Part shown: positions 37,591-52,688 of the stretch, one piece after another | Layout of the letters: each line of letters begins with the position of its first letter | Numbering within the stretch: position 1 is the stretch's first letter | Source: Octopus vulgaris | Taxonomy: Eukaryota | Assembly (NCBI GenBank): GCA_951406725.2 | Contig: OX597836.1 | Coordinates: 47,988,001-48,052,000, forward strand | DNA length: 64,000 bases | Direction: 5' to 3' | Notes under the pieces: generated by a model | What the model saw: only the letters and a program-made list of their open reading frames with translations | Told to the model about the DNA's origin: nothing | Databases searched by the model: none | Program-made: the position numbers and the translations under genes

Positions 37591-38874
37591 GATAGTAGTA
37601 GTAGTAGTAAGTAGTAGTAGTAGTAGTAGTAGTAGTGATGATGATGGTTTCAAGTTTTGGCCCAAGGCCAGAGGAAGCATTAAGTCAATTGAGGAAAGTG
37701 ATGGATTCCTTCCTGGGGTTGAGTTTGCTATTCTGTTATCACCTCTCTAACCACCTTGGGCCACCAATGGTAAACTTTATGACTAAAATCAAAATGTTTA
37801 AAAGTTCACAAACATTTTCAGTTATTAAATCTTATCAGTCATTTTAGGATATCAAATGAGAATGAGTAATTTTTATCTCCTACTTCTCGTCTTCAACATT
37901 GATTATATTTTGAAGAGGTTTTGTCATTCCATTTCTTTACCTTCACTGTCGACTCTCAAATTTTCTTTATTTACAAGTTTTCTTAGGTTTTACCTTATTT
38001 TATCTTTATCCTCTCTGTCTGTCTGTCTGCTCTGCTCTAATTACTCATTAATTCATTAACCTACAACATTTATTTATACAGTCCTCATTTACACACCTCA
38101 TTATACCTAATTATCCATGCTCTCTACAAATCAGTTTAAATTAATCTTCTTTCAACAGAACAACATGTGAAGCCTTAATTTGTCGCCAACTTTAATGCTG
38201 TATTATTTAGCAAGACTGAACATAAGGAATTGCCAAACATCTCAAAACTTCTACCACTATTCACCAGAACTGGTAAACCCAACTCAACCGCACCACCATT
38301 ACTGCCTCCACTCCAAGTTGCAACTAATTACCATTTCTAGTAATTAAGTCACCTAGTTAATAGACTAGATTTCCTGGTTTTGTTGTATGGGTTTGGTGGA
38401 ATGTCTTTAAACACTGCAAGTCTAAAACCAATCTCAGGAAACTGAATTATGTTGCCTTAATTTAATATTTTCGATGTGCTTTCAACTCTTCATATTCTCT
38501 AGGATTGTGAGTTGCAGATATGGTTGTGTGGTTAAGAAGTTTGCTTCCCAACCATGTGGTTTCAGGTTCAATCCCATTTTGTGCCAGCTCCTACTGAAGC
38601 CCTGGGATGGCCAAAGCCTTATGAGTTGATTCAGTGAATGAAAACTGAAATAATCCTGTTGTGTGTGTGTGTGTGTGTGTGTATTTGGAGACAATGATGC
38701 AAGTGTTTATATACAAGGAGTGGCTGTGTGGTAAGAAGCTTGCTTCCTAACTACATGGTTCTGGGTTCAGTCCCACTCCATGGCACCTTGGGCAAGTGCC
38801 CCTTCTACTATAGCCTCAGGTCAACCAAAGCCTTGTCAGTGGATTTGGTAGATGGAAACTGAAAGATGCCTGCC

Positions 38875-38956
<82 letters not shown>

Positions 38957-39079
38957 AGTTGAGGTGTGTTCTGTTAAGAATGTATAAGAGTACAAATAGA
39001 ACTCGTTCACCTTTAGAATTCCAAAATTGCCGGTAGTGTTCTTGTGGTATGCTACCAATTCTAGTCTTAGGTATTCTTA

Positions 39080-39449
39080 TGTAATGATTTACCTGTATAA
39101 GAAGATCTGTGTGTGTGTGTGTGTATGGAAACACTGAGTGATGTACGGTGTAAGTGATTGTATAAGTATGAGCAAATGGATGAATGTATTTTGCGTAATG
39201 GTAGAGTTTGGCATGTGTAGAATAACATGTTGAAACTGAATAAATAAACAGACAGCGTGCACATTGCAGCTCATGTCGAACGTGATAACACACTCATACC
39301 GAGCGAATGGAAACCGTAAGCGTTTGTTAGTTTCAAGGAAGAAACCATGGATGTTGTAGCATGGAAATCTAAATTTGCTTACGGAGACAGCAACTGAGTA
39401 TCGCCTGAGGAGATACATAGAGATCTTCTTATACAAGTAAATCATTACA
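39080..39449. mobile_element. 370-bp MITE with ~29-bp TIRs (TGT...ACA ends), TA-flanked
   Basis: tgtaatgatttacctgtataagaagatct versus agatcttcttatacaagtaaatcattaca (1 mismatch); TA on both sides. Confidence 0.72.
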
Positions 39450-40329
39450 TACATTTAAGACGTGTGTTTCAGGTTTGCATGATATATAATAGGAAATGCA
39501 TCCATTATGTAAGACCTTCCTCAGTTAAAGCATTTCAAAAATAAGAAATTTTCCTTCAATTTCTTCATATTAAATGATTTCAAAATACCACTGTTTGGTT
39601 TGATTTCATTATTACAACTGTGTGTGTGTGTGATTTTGTTTAGGTTTACTCCCCTCCCAAAATCACAAACTAAAATGTTGATGTTGCTGTCATTTCTCTG
39701 TCAATGGTTGTCCCTTGGTTTTGAACCTTCAAAGATATCCCTTACTCTACAAAGAGCTAAGGGTTAGTGACAGGAAAAGCATCCAGTTGTAAAGCTATGT
39801 CTTAAAAATATAGTCATCTAACCCATGCCAGCGTAGAAAATCAGATGTAAAAATGAATGAAAGATTTGCACTTTTAATTTATAACAAAAACGGAATCAGT
39901 TGCACTTTAATCTGTGACCAAGCAAAATAAATATTTTTTTGTCTTGATAGTTTAATCTTTAATTAAATCCTGCAATCACTGTAACGAACATAGTCGTTTT
40001 AACAGCCAGAGAGTAAAGAAAGCAAAATTAGTTGCAAACACTTTATTGCTTGTGGGAAAATAACAATCTGTGTTGGAAATCAATAAACATCAGTGTTTCT
40101 TCTTCTAATCTGATCAAGCATTATATTTATCTGTCTTGGATTTAATTTCTATGTATAATTTACTTTCTGAAAATGGTTCCATGCTTTTTAATAGCTGTAT
40201 CAATCATCAGATGAGCAAACTCATCCAAGATACCAAATTATGTTCTGAATTATTTGGAAAAGAAATATAAATTTCAAGCTGAAAAGTCTACTCGAAATTG
40301 TTCGTTTCTATGTAAACGAAGGTGTGGCT

Positions 40330-40720
40330 ATAGACACAGGTATGGCTGTGTGCTAAGAAGTTTGCTTCCCAACCACATGGTTCTGATTTCAGTCCCACTG
40401 CGCGGCACCTTTGGTGAGTGTCTTCTACTATAGCCTTGGCCCAACCAAAGCCTTGTGAGTGGATTTGGTAGACGGAAACTGAAAGAAGCTCGTTGTATGT
40501 GTGTGTGTGTCTGTCTGTGCTTATCCTCTACCACTGCTTGACAAGTAGTTTTGGTGTGTTTATGTCCCTGTAACTTAGTGGTTCAGCAAAAGAAACTGAT
40601 AGAATAAGTACCAGTCTTTTATAAAAATAGATATCAGGATTGATTCATTTTACTAAAGATTCTTCTAGGTGGTGCCCCAGCATGGCCACAGTCTAGTGAC
40701 TGAAACAAGGAAAAGATAAA
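40330..40720 (+). mobile_element. SINE family B copy
   Basis: Same head, internal (TG)n and tail as 17037-17433. Confidence 0.82.
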
Positions 40721-41175
40721 ATGTAAACATCACTGTTACTGCATTTCTGCTCGGAATTATTGGTTCAGTTCTTTCTGCAATGGACTTAAGATCATCTGAG
40801 TTCTAAAGAGAACCTTAATTTGAGATTGTGTCACAACAAATCATTCATTTTGCCATTACATAACTATTTCTTAACCGTTTAGCATTCAGCCTGCTCTGTC
40901 AAACACGTAATGCTTATTTAGACACCTGGTTTCAAATCAATCCTGCATTGTTCAGCAGCTATGAGATTTCGATTTTTTAGAATGGCATTGTTGGGTTGGT
41001 GTGAAAAACCAGATGTGGCCGGTTTGAACACTGAACAGATCAGGGAGAATATTACAACCAGACATGACCAGTTTAAAGAGTTAATGGTAAATCAGGGTTT
41101 CATATAGGCCAGCAATTTATTGGGAGGGACCAAGTTGATTACATTGACCCCAGTGCATAACTGGTATTTATTTTA

Positions 41176-41564
41176 AGGCAGCAAGCTGGCAGAAACATTA
41201 GCATGCCAGGCGAAATGCTTAGCAGTATTTCGTCTGCCGTTACGTTCTGAGTTCAAATTCCACCGAGGTCGATGAATTAAGTACCAGTTACGCACTGGGG
41301 TTGATATAATCGACTTAATCCGTTTGTCTGTCCTTGTTTGTCCTCTCTGTGTTTAGCCCCTTGTGGGTAGTAAAGAAATAGGTATTTCGTCTGCCGTTAC
41401 GTTCTGAATTCAAATTCCGCTGAGGTTCACTTTGCCTTTCATCCTTTCGGGGTCGATTAAATAAGTACCAGTTATGCACTGGAGTCGATATAATCGACTT
41501 AATCCATTTGTCTGTCCTTGTTTTTCCTCTCTGTGTGTAGCCCCTTGTGGGTAGTAAAGAAATA
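41176..41564 (+). mobile_element. Dimeric family A SINE nested in an opposite-strand family A copy (~41105-41700)
   Basis: 13-bp TSD ggtatttatttta at 41163-41175 and 41565-41577; the second unit restarts at ggtatttcgtctg (41381). Confidence 0.85.
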
Positions 41565-43248
41565 GGTATTTATTTTATCGACTCTGAAAGGATGATATGG
41601 CAAGATCAACCTCAGCAGATTTTGAACTCAGAACATACAAACAGACAAAATGTCTCTAAGCATTTACCTCGGCATGCTAACCATTCTGCCACCTTGCCGT
41701 CTGCTTAAAATTTGATTCAATGGTAAATATAAAAACGATGTCAAGCAGTATGTGTCCTATATTGCATTAAATATGTAGAACACATCCTATCTCTGGGCTC
41801 TTGTATGAAAATGCTTCTTCAATTATTAGGCTTGTTTGTATAGTTTTATTACTTTTTATTGTTTGAGTTATTGTATCTTTCCTACACTTATTGCCAAAAG
41901 ATTATTCTATCGTACATCCCATCTCTACCCTTTGACATCTTTATGCAGCCGCACTCAATATTTCAATTGTGCTGATATCACAAAAGTGTTCTTTCAACTC
42001 TGTGGAATGTATTGTTGTTGTTCTAGGCTAAGAAAAATGTGGAAGATCAGAGAGTTATTATTTTTGCTACTAACAAAGGACTTCATTATTTGAACGAGAA
42101 CAAACTATAAAGGATGTGGTGTTTGTTGCAGGGTGATGGTGAGTCATAAATGTTGAATGTGTTAAGATCTAAGAGGACTGGAGAGATAAATGAGACATGT
42201 ATGTGTCATTTATGGAGCAGAAGTGGACGACAGTGGTCATTGATATTAAAGATGTCAGGCTTTGTATAAAGAGAAGGGCGACAGCGAAAGTGTGGACAAG
42301 TGGTTAGAATGAAGGAGGGTGGTGGTGGATGGATGGAAGGGTGTTGTTGGTTGCTGACGGTGTAAGGCAGATCATGACAAAGCGACATTAAGGAAGTCAT
42401 GGGAAGAAATATTGAGAAGATTAGACGAGGATAAAATGTCAAATGATCAAAAGGGTAACATGCAGTAGAGTCAATCCCATCAGGAAAACTGGAGGATAAA
42501 GTGATGAGGAGGAGGAGGATGTGATGATGATGATGGTGATTGCATGAATTATATTTTATCTCACCATTTGTTTGTAGCAAACAGGAACTCATATTTTGTT
42601 CGGTGTGGATTGAGTAGACAGAAACTGAAATAAGCTTGTGTGTGTGTGTGTTACTGCTTCCTTGCGTTGACGTCACACAACAGTTGTAAAGAAGTGTTGC
42701 CATCATACAAGCAGTTGTTGTTTGTTTCTGTCTTCTGTGAAACATGTCTGACAGGAGAGAGATATTACCCTCTTGCTAGGAAACTGGTAAGGGTTGCTGA
42801 CAGGAAGGGCATCCAGCCATAGATAATCTGCCTCAATAAATTCTGTCTGAGCCAGGTTAGTATAGAAAAATAGACACTAAAAATGATGATGACCTTGATT
42901 GATAAACAATAACCCGTGATTTGGTTCACTGGATTTCCAATGGTAAGAATGATAAGGGAGTGTCTGTATCTGGTTGCAGAACAAATATCCCAAGCATTTT
43001 AAAGAGCATAAATTTTTATGCCTTCTTTTTGACAAGTAGATTTTGATTTTAAAATCCCTCATCAGACATATTGTATTAGTTGGTTGTTACATACAATAGC
43101 CTGGCGAATTGGGTGGCTGGACACTGCTATTGAGTGTGCACACACACACACACACATTTATATATCAATGTGTCCACTTTGTTTCAGCAGTTCAATGTGG
43201 GCATTTCACGTTTGCTTCAACTGTCTGGCCATTGACCAATGTTATTAA

Positions 43249-43612
43249 CCCTTTAGCGTTCAGATTATTCTATCAAACATAATGCCTATTGATTCCCATT
43301 GATTTGAATTTATCATGCGTTATCTCATATCTTCAAGATCTTGATGGTGTAATTACTTAATGTAGAATAACATTGTAGGGTAGGTGTGAGAGCCTGGATC
43401 TGGTCAGTTTGAACATAAAACAGATTAAATATTTTGCTTGGTCACAGATTAAAGTGCAACTGATTCCGTTTTTGCTATAAATTAAAAATGCAAATCTTTC
43501 ATTCATTTTTACATCTGATTTTCTACGCTGGCATGGGTTAGATGACTATATTTTTAAGACATAGCTTTACAACTGGATGCTTTTCCTGTCACTAACCCTT
43601 AGCTCTAAAGGG
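43249..43612. mobile_element. TTAA-flanked piggyBac-like MITE carrying a 177-bp foreign insert (43430-43606)
   Basis: ttaa-ccctttagc ... ctaaaggg-ttaa ends; the body matches 44732-44952 in reverse. Confidence 0.75.
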
Positions 43613-43855
43613 TTAAACATAAACAACACAAACAATAACAACTTGTACAGCCGCAACAGCACTCAGTCTGCAGTTACTCGTTAATTTAACTTAATTACTT
43701 AATTTACTATCTATCTGTAGCCAGCGATCTACATACCTATCTGGATTCATTTAATTGCATACTTATCCAATTATTTAACTGTCTTGTCTGCCTGTTCATC
43801 TATGTACCTGTCTGTCTGTGTGTCCGTACAAATCTATATATCTGTCTGTCCATAT

Positions 43856-44200
43856 AGGCACAGGAGTGGCTGTGTGGTAAGTAGCTTGTTTACCAACCAC
43901 ATGGTTCCGGGTTCAGTCCCACTTGGGCAAGTGTCTTCTACTTGTGAGTGGATTGGTAGACGGAAACTGAAAGAAGCCCGTCGTATATATGTATATATAT
44001 ATATGTGTGTGTGTTTGTGTGTCTGTGTTTGTCCCCCCTAGCATTGCTTGACAACCGATGCTGGTGTTTATGTCCCCGCCACTTAGCGGTTCGGCAAAAG
44101 AGACTGATAGAATAAGTACTGTCAAGTTGCTCGATTAAAGGCGGTGCTCCAGCATGGCCGCAGTTAAATGACTGAAACAAGTAAAAGAGTAAAGAGTAAG
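43856..44200 (+). mobile_element. SINE family B copy with small internal deletions
   Basis: Same head and tail motifs as the other family B copies. Confidence 0.82.
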
Positions 44201-44731
44201 AGAGAGTATATCTACCAGCTTAATTCATCTATCCACCCACCCACCCATCAGTATACCTATCTACCTCTATATCTACCTGCCTACATGCATACACACAAGT
44301 AGTTACGAGCAGGTAACTATTTAGCAAGAGTTGAGATAACAACTTGGTAACCTCTTTTTTTTTTTCTTTTTTTGCAATTAATTTACAATTTTCTGTCTTC
44401 ATAATGACTCTGTAATCACTTAATTTTTTCCCCTTTCCCTCTCTTTCGTCCACAATTCTTTCGCAATATATTTATGATTCTTGTCCTGCCTTTTTCTACA
44501 ATCTTTTTCAGTTTTCTTCATAAATGTTTGTATTTTTAAGAATTTCTCATAAATTTCTCTTCCTCTGCATTTTATGATTCCGTATGGCTTAACAAAACTC
44601 TACTTCCACTCCACTGTGTGAACCTGTCTCACAGATTTAACTTATTAAGGGTTTTAGCGAAATTAGGAGATAGAAATTAGAAAAACTAAATTAAGAAAGC
44701 TCACTTTGTTGGCTCTGCAAATATTGATTAA

Positions 44732-44952
44732 CCCTTTAGTGTTTAAACCGGGCCATACCAGGCCAAAATTGTCTTCCTGTTTTATGCTCAAACCAGCCAG
44801 CTCTGACCTCTCACACCTACCCTACAAAGTCATTCTAAAAATAAACAGGGACATCATCAAAATCTCAGAGTTACAAGATGCTGTACAATTAATTTAAAAC
44901 AATGTGATTAAACAGGCTTTCCATTTGACAGAGTAATCTGAATGCTAAAGGG
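44732..44952. mobile_element. 221-bp piggyBac-like MITE, complete
   Basis: TTAA on both sides and CCCTTTAG...CTAAAGGG termini; related copies near 7812, 30524, 40871, 43249 and 48686. Confidence 0.8.
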
Positions 44953-46301
44953 TTAAGGAAATTCTAATGAATTATTAACTAAACTTATGTTGTCAATCGA
45001 AGTTAGTGATTGCTTATATCATCATCATCATCATCGTTGTTGTTGTTGTTGTTACTAATAACAATGACGTAACACTTTGTCTCCTTGCCTTGGCTTCATC
45101 TGAAGATTTTAGAATCTAGAAACTTCTTCCTCAACATCATCATCATGGAGCATCTTTGCCTGGAACTTGTCATTACCATTGCTGTTTCTCTAAGAAACTA
45201 CACAAACAGCAATAGCCTGCAATGCCCATCACCAGGGAGACTGATCTCTATCCTATTGTTGTCACCAAAGGCATGTCCTGTTAATGAACATCAAACCATT
45301 TTTAGCTGATATCTTAGAAAGGATCACCTTAGCCCTAATTGGCCCTTGCACATCTGCAGGGTAGTCACTCTCTCTCTCTCTCTCTTTGCCCCTAGTGAGA
45401 ATGCTTCCCTTCCACATGCAATAATCATGGTTTGCTATCGCCTACTTTAGATGACATCACATAGCCATGATCAGCATATAGGTTAATATGTGACACCCTG
45501 ACACCACCATGTCTGTTCCCTCTCTGTGCAGCACATCAGTAGCTGACATCACTGAATTCTCCAATCCAGCGAACCTGGCACTAACAGACTGCCTCCTCTA
45601 CCAAGTGGTAAGTGCCAAAGAATCAACTGTTGCTGCTGCTTTCCCAAACTGTGTCACTTGAAGTAACAATGGCAGCAGCTCACCTATTCTTATCTAGAAA
45701 CCATTTTTAAATTCTCTTTACAGTGATTCCATACAGCTGAGGACACGGATGCAGACCGGCACCGACATTCATTTTGAACACTCATTTTTCCTAGTTTCAT
45801 AGCCACATTATGCACACACACACACACACACACAAAAGATGAAGCAAAATTGAAAATGTACTTGAAGTCTTTAAGAAGATTTGAATAGAAATCGATTTGT
45901 AAACACCTAGTAATTTATAAGCATCTAGTAATTAAAGTGGCAAAATTATCAAACATATATATATATATTAAAAAAAAAAAATTTTTTATTAGTTTCAGCT
46001 CAGAGCTGCAGCCATGCTGATGCTAGAAAAAAACCACCTTTTATCAATTCAAGATGAACAATTAAATTACACCATCTAGAAAATTACTTATAATAGAAAT
46101 ATTAAAATTAAAATAACAATAATATACCGATGATTAAGTAAATTGCAAAATTTATATATATATATATATATCAGCCGAAATTGCGAAGATGATCCGGTTC
46201 TTGACTGAAGATTGAAGGCTTCGAATGTCCCGTCCGTGTTTTTTGTATCGTCTTCTAAATGCTTCACGTTCTTGTCCCAGTTTGTATTTTTTTACATTTA
46301 C

Positions 46302-46335
<34 letters not shown>

Positions 46336-46396
46336 ATATATATATATACACATCATGTAAATGATTTTTGTTCATAGCTTTTATTTCTACTTTCAG

Positions 46397-46731
46397 GTAT
46401 GACAACAATCTGTGGAATTACAATAGTCATTTTCAAAGCGAAATATTCTCGTTTACTCTGGGCCACCTGGTTATGCTTGACCGGAGCTTTACTTTTCTTT
46501 GTTGGATTAACCATAACATGGAAATTTCCGAAACTTAATATCCACTGGAGATCGGAGCCTGAACTTGCCAGTGAAATATCCAACGCTACACCACTATCAA
46601 CGATGTCTCGGGAATTCAATGAGCCACCTCCTCCATATCATGTGGCCGTCAGTCAGAATCCTGACATCGCTACAAAGCCGACATCAGGCAGCAGAAGCTA
46701 TGTAGAGATTTCTAAACCTATTTATATATGA
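46397..46731 (+). CDS. Terminal coding exon of the same claudin/PMP22-like protein (end of TM3, short ECL2, TM4, cytoplasmic tail with PPPY motif)
   Basis: Acceptor ttatttctactttcag|GT ATG; phase 1 joins G|GT = Gly in frame with the exon ending at 4554. Translation: [46 protein letters not shown]...[10 protein letters not shown]...[13 protein letters not shown]. The WATWLCLTG segment resembles the (G)WS-x-W/Y-L/A lead-in to TM4 of claudin-like proteins. Confidence 0.85.
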
Positions 46732-46740
46732 CAGTAATTG

Positions 46741-47560
<820 letters not shown>

Positions 47561-47962
47561 AAGCATATTGGCTACATTTCTGGTGACATTGACTGGGAAG
47601 AATGGCAACTGTCTTAAGTATGTCTCCACAGACAGTTTTTTTTGTTTTTTTTCCCTATTTTTGTACCTCAAATATTTGGTTATATTCAAGAACAGCAACT
47701 ACATCTCCAGATTGCTGTGTTTCTGTGTTTCTGGAGTCTTAATACAACAACCAAATATTCTCTGGTAAACAACGCAACTGCTGCCCAACCACACGCACGC
47801 ACACACACTGACACATACACACACACATGTTCTCATGATCATAAAACCATGACGAAATTTACTAGTGACTGAAATTACTGAATCTGCTGGGTTTCAAGAT
47901 TTTGCATCTGTATATCTCAATGTCTCTGTGCATGCGTATGTATCTGCGTGTGTCTGTGTGCT

Positions 47963-47993
<31 letters not shown>

Positions 47994-49116
47994 GTCTTTG
48001 CATGCAAAACAAGAAGAATTTATGTATTTTGTTGTACATAAAAGAAATATTTGTAACTTAAACGTCTCAAAATTTTAAAGACTGTCTTCTCGTTGTTTTA
48101 TTTGTTTGGCAGATTATCTGTTACACGGCCAGTGTGTGTGTGTGTGTGTGTGGTAATATGATAAGATAAAAAAAAAACTTTACAATGTTTGACCTCAATG
48201 TATCAAGTGCATGCTATGTGGGTGGGAGCAAGTTGTTCAACATATTGAGTCGTATTAATCAACTTCTTACCCCTAACCCTCAGCCACCATCTCTGCCCTA
48301 CAAGAAACTTACAAAGAAAATTTTGTATTTTTAAAATCTTTTTTCATGCATAACAGACTAAAATAATATTTGAATCTATTTTACTAGTTATTTTAACAGC
48401 AGACACTTAACATAAAAACTTACTTCTTTTGTCTATGTTAAAATAGATTTTTTTCTCTTTTTCTCTGTCGAAAGAAATAGCAAACTGAACTCCTGATAAT
48501 TTTCAAGGTTTATTTATTTTAAATATGATGCTACTGTTTAAATCAGTGACTGTTTTTGAGAAGCGGGCCACATGAAACACAGCCCATCATTAAGCACGCC
48601 ACTCTACTAAAATATACAAAGCCTACCACTTAGAAGGAACCACAGGCTACATTGCAGCCCCTAGGCTGGCTTTCACTGGTTTGAACCATTAGCTTTTGGA
48701 TTAATCTCTCAAATCTAATTCACTTTGTTTTGAAGTAATCAAGAATTGTCTTGTAGCTTTGAGATTCCACCGATGCGATTGTTTATTTTTAGAATTGCAT
48801 TGTAGGCTAGGTGTGAAGAGACAAATCTGGCTAATTTGAATGGAAAACAAGCAGAATATTTTGGCCGGAGATGGCTGATTAAAATCCTAAAGTCTTAAAT
48901 AGGGATCTACTGTACAAAATTCAGAGTTCATGTAGCACCATGCTGAATAACGGATATATTTTGTTTCATAATGCGTAATCAAAGTTTAAAAAAAAAAATA
49001 GAGTTTTAAAAATTTAAGCACATTTACCATTCAGTCATAGTTTATAAAGCACAAACAAGCAAAAAACTGAAAGCAATGAAAGAAAAACAAAGATATATGG
49101 AGATTTTCCCATTACA

Positions 49117-49122
49117 AATAAA
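49117..49122 (+). promoter_or_regulatory. Possible polyadenylation signal (AATAAA) for the tetraspan gene
   Basis: First canonical AATAAA I could find downstream of the stop at 46731. The AT-rich context makes a chance occurrence likely. Confidence 0.2.
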
Positions 49123-49724
49123 ATTTACTTAAAATCAGATATTGATTTTAATTGAGACGCAATGACGTGAATCATTCTTGTCAAACTTAAGTGATTTTTT
49201 TTTTCATATTTTCTAGCTTTTCTTCAGATTTAATTTAAAGTGATTTTTTCTGGAAATTTATGCAAATAGTTTTAGGATATTGCAAAACAATCCATTTTCA
49301 AAACCAGTATTCCCTTTTATCTGCAGCAGCAATCCCTATTCTAGGATATAAAAAGTGGTAAATGGCTTTTAAATTACTATAACTGATAAACAGCACTTTG
49401 AAGGAAAATAACCTTAGATGATTAAATTATTATAAAAAGATGAATTCTGTTAAAACTTTATTAAGTTTATTAGCATATTTAACAGCCTCCTTTCAGATTT
49501 CTCAAAAAAAGAACCAAACAAGTTTAAGAGAAAGAAACTTTACACTATTCGTAATATTTTCTTGTCAGATATACCATATTTATTCCACTCTGTTCCTGTG
49601 GCCTTCTCAATGGGTATAGATTTTCAAGTGAAAAAATTTCTCCATTTGAAAAACTATACTCGTTGTGAAAGCCGCCGGAATAAGTATGGTGAAGAATAAT
49701 TTGAGGAAAAAATAAGAACAAACG

Positions 49725-50942
<1,218 letters not shown>

Positions 50943-51192
50943 TAGTAATATGACTCTTTCTAAATGTTGAAATATTGGTTTCAACAGTTTCACATCAAAA
51001 TTCTTTATATATAATGTATATGCTTGGGGATATTTATATGTAAATATATATATGTGTGTATGTGTGTGTTTGCATGTATATACATGTATGTTTATGTGTG
51101 TGTGTGTGTGTGTAAGCAAAGGAAATACAAATAACCAAAAGACAACAAAATTCCAAGCACCATTCACAGTTCATATTGTTAGGTTGACATAA

Positions 51193-51631
51193 ATGGTGAG
51201 CTGGCAGAATTATAGAATGTCAGGCAAAATGCTTAGCGCCATTTTGTCTGTCCTTATATTCTGAGTTCAAATTCCACCAAGGTCAACTTTGCCTTTCATC
51301 CTTTTGAGGTCAATAAGTACCAGTTGAACACTGGGGTCAATGTAATCAATTTATCTCCTCCCTTAGACTTGCTGGCCTTGTGCCAAAATTTGAAACCAAT
51401 ATTTCTTTATTGCCCACAGGGGCATAAACATATAGGGGACAAACAAGGATAGACAAAAGGATTAAGTTGATTACATCAACCTCAGTGTGTAACTGGTACT
51501 TATTTAATCAAACCCGAAAGGACGAAAGGCTAAGTCAACATCAGTGGAAATTGAACTCAGAACATAATGGCAGATGAAATACTGCTGAGCATTTCACTCA
51601 GCATTGCTAACGTTTCTTCCAGCTCACTGCC
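51193..51631. mobile_element. Tail-to-tail inverted pair of family A SINEs (+ ~51193-51400, - ~51403-51631)
   Basis: ggtgagctggcagaa...ttctgagttcaaattcc on +, and ttgaactcagaac...ttccagctcactgcc as the reverse copy. Confidence 0.8.
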
Positions 51632-51892
51632 AATATTATTAGGATGATATTCAGAGAAGGAAAACTAATTCTACAAGTAAATGTATAATGTTTCCGAAAG
51701 GGTCATCCATCAGATTATGAGAGGAAAGTCCAGGGAGACTGGCATGAGAGGAAAAGAGATAAAAAAGGAGAGAGAAATAATCCAGAAACCTCATCCGTGT
51801 GGGTTAGGTCCACATTTTTGACATCTTGCTAACTTTGGAAGGATGAGGGATAATTGTGATTTTAATAGCAAATGGTATATATGTGCCTGATT

Positions 51893-51923
<31 letters not shown>

Positions 51924-52049
51924 CAGGCTGAATGTAGGATGCTTGTGTACTGAGTGCGATGCTGTAGGGTAATAAAAATGTGGGCTTTGAATGCAGAGGC
52001 TTTGCAAAGACTTCTGAAAAACATTAAAGAAGAGAACTTAATTGACTGT

Positions 52050-52300
52050 GTAATGTGAGTGTGTGTCTATATAAGAGAGTAAAACTGGGCATGAGAAGAA
52101 TCAGGTGTGCAAGAAAGAAGACTGCATTAGTATGGACAGGTGAAGCATATGGATGCTGAGCCTTCAAAATGAATGGGACCTGTGGAAGAGGGCAAATTCA
52201 GGAAGTGGTGAAGATTGATCCCAAGATGTTGCATCATGGAAGAGAGATGATAAAGAAGACCTGACCACCCACGCAAACATGATAAAATTTACATTGAAAC
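52050..52300 (+). mobile_element. Decayed 3' end of an RTE-like LINE
   Basis: Remnants reading like KLGMRRI..VQERRLH*YGQVKHMD..GTCGRG. The terminal acccacgcaaacatgataaaatttacattgaaacg resembles the family C tail. Confidence 0.5.
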
Positions 52301-52616
52301 GGGACCAGTAACAGAAGTTGAAATTTTTATCTGTTGTAAGAGTAAATCAGGTGCACGAGACGAAACTTCAGAGACATCAGATTGTTGGATCAGGTTCTGA
52401 AAGTTACAAAAAGAGTGTTAATTGTCAAATTGATTAGGAAAAAAGATTGATTAATAATAGGTTTCTTAAAAAGGGCTGTTTTTACCCTTTTTATACCTAC
52501 TGCTTCTCCCCCTGATCCCCTTCTTGCCTCTCTAGTACTTTCTCATCTCTCACTATTCCTCCCTATTCTCTTTTCTTGCCACCTAGAAACACTAGCTCTG
52601 TCTATAAACACACACA

Positions 52617-52688
<72 letters not shown>

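Noticed and set aside
46172-46300. TA-flanked fragment containing GAAA and CTGAAGA near the last exon
   Set aside because: Stems consistent with any hammerhead topology could not be drawn; probably a PLE-like fragment.
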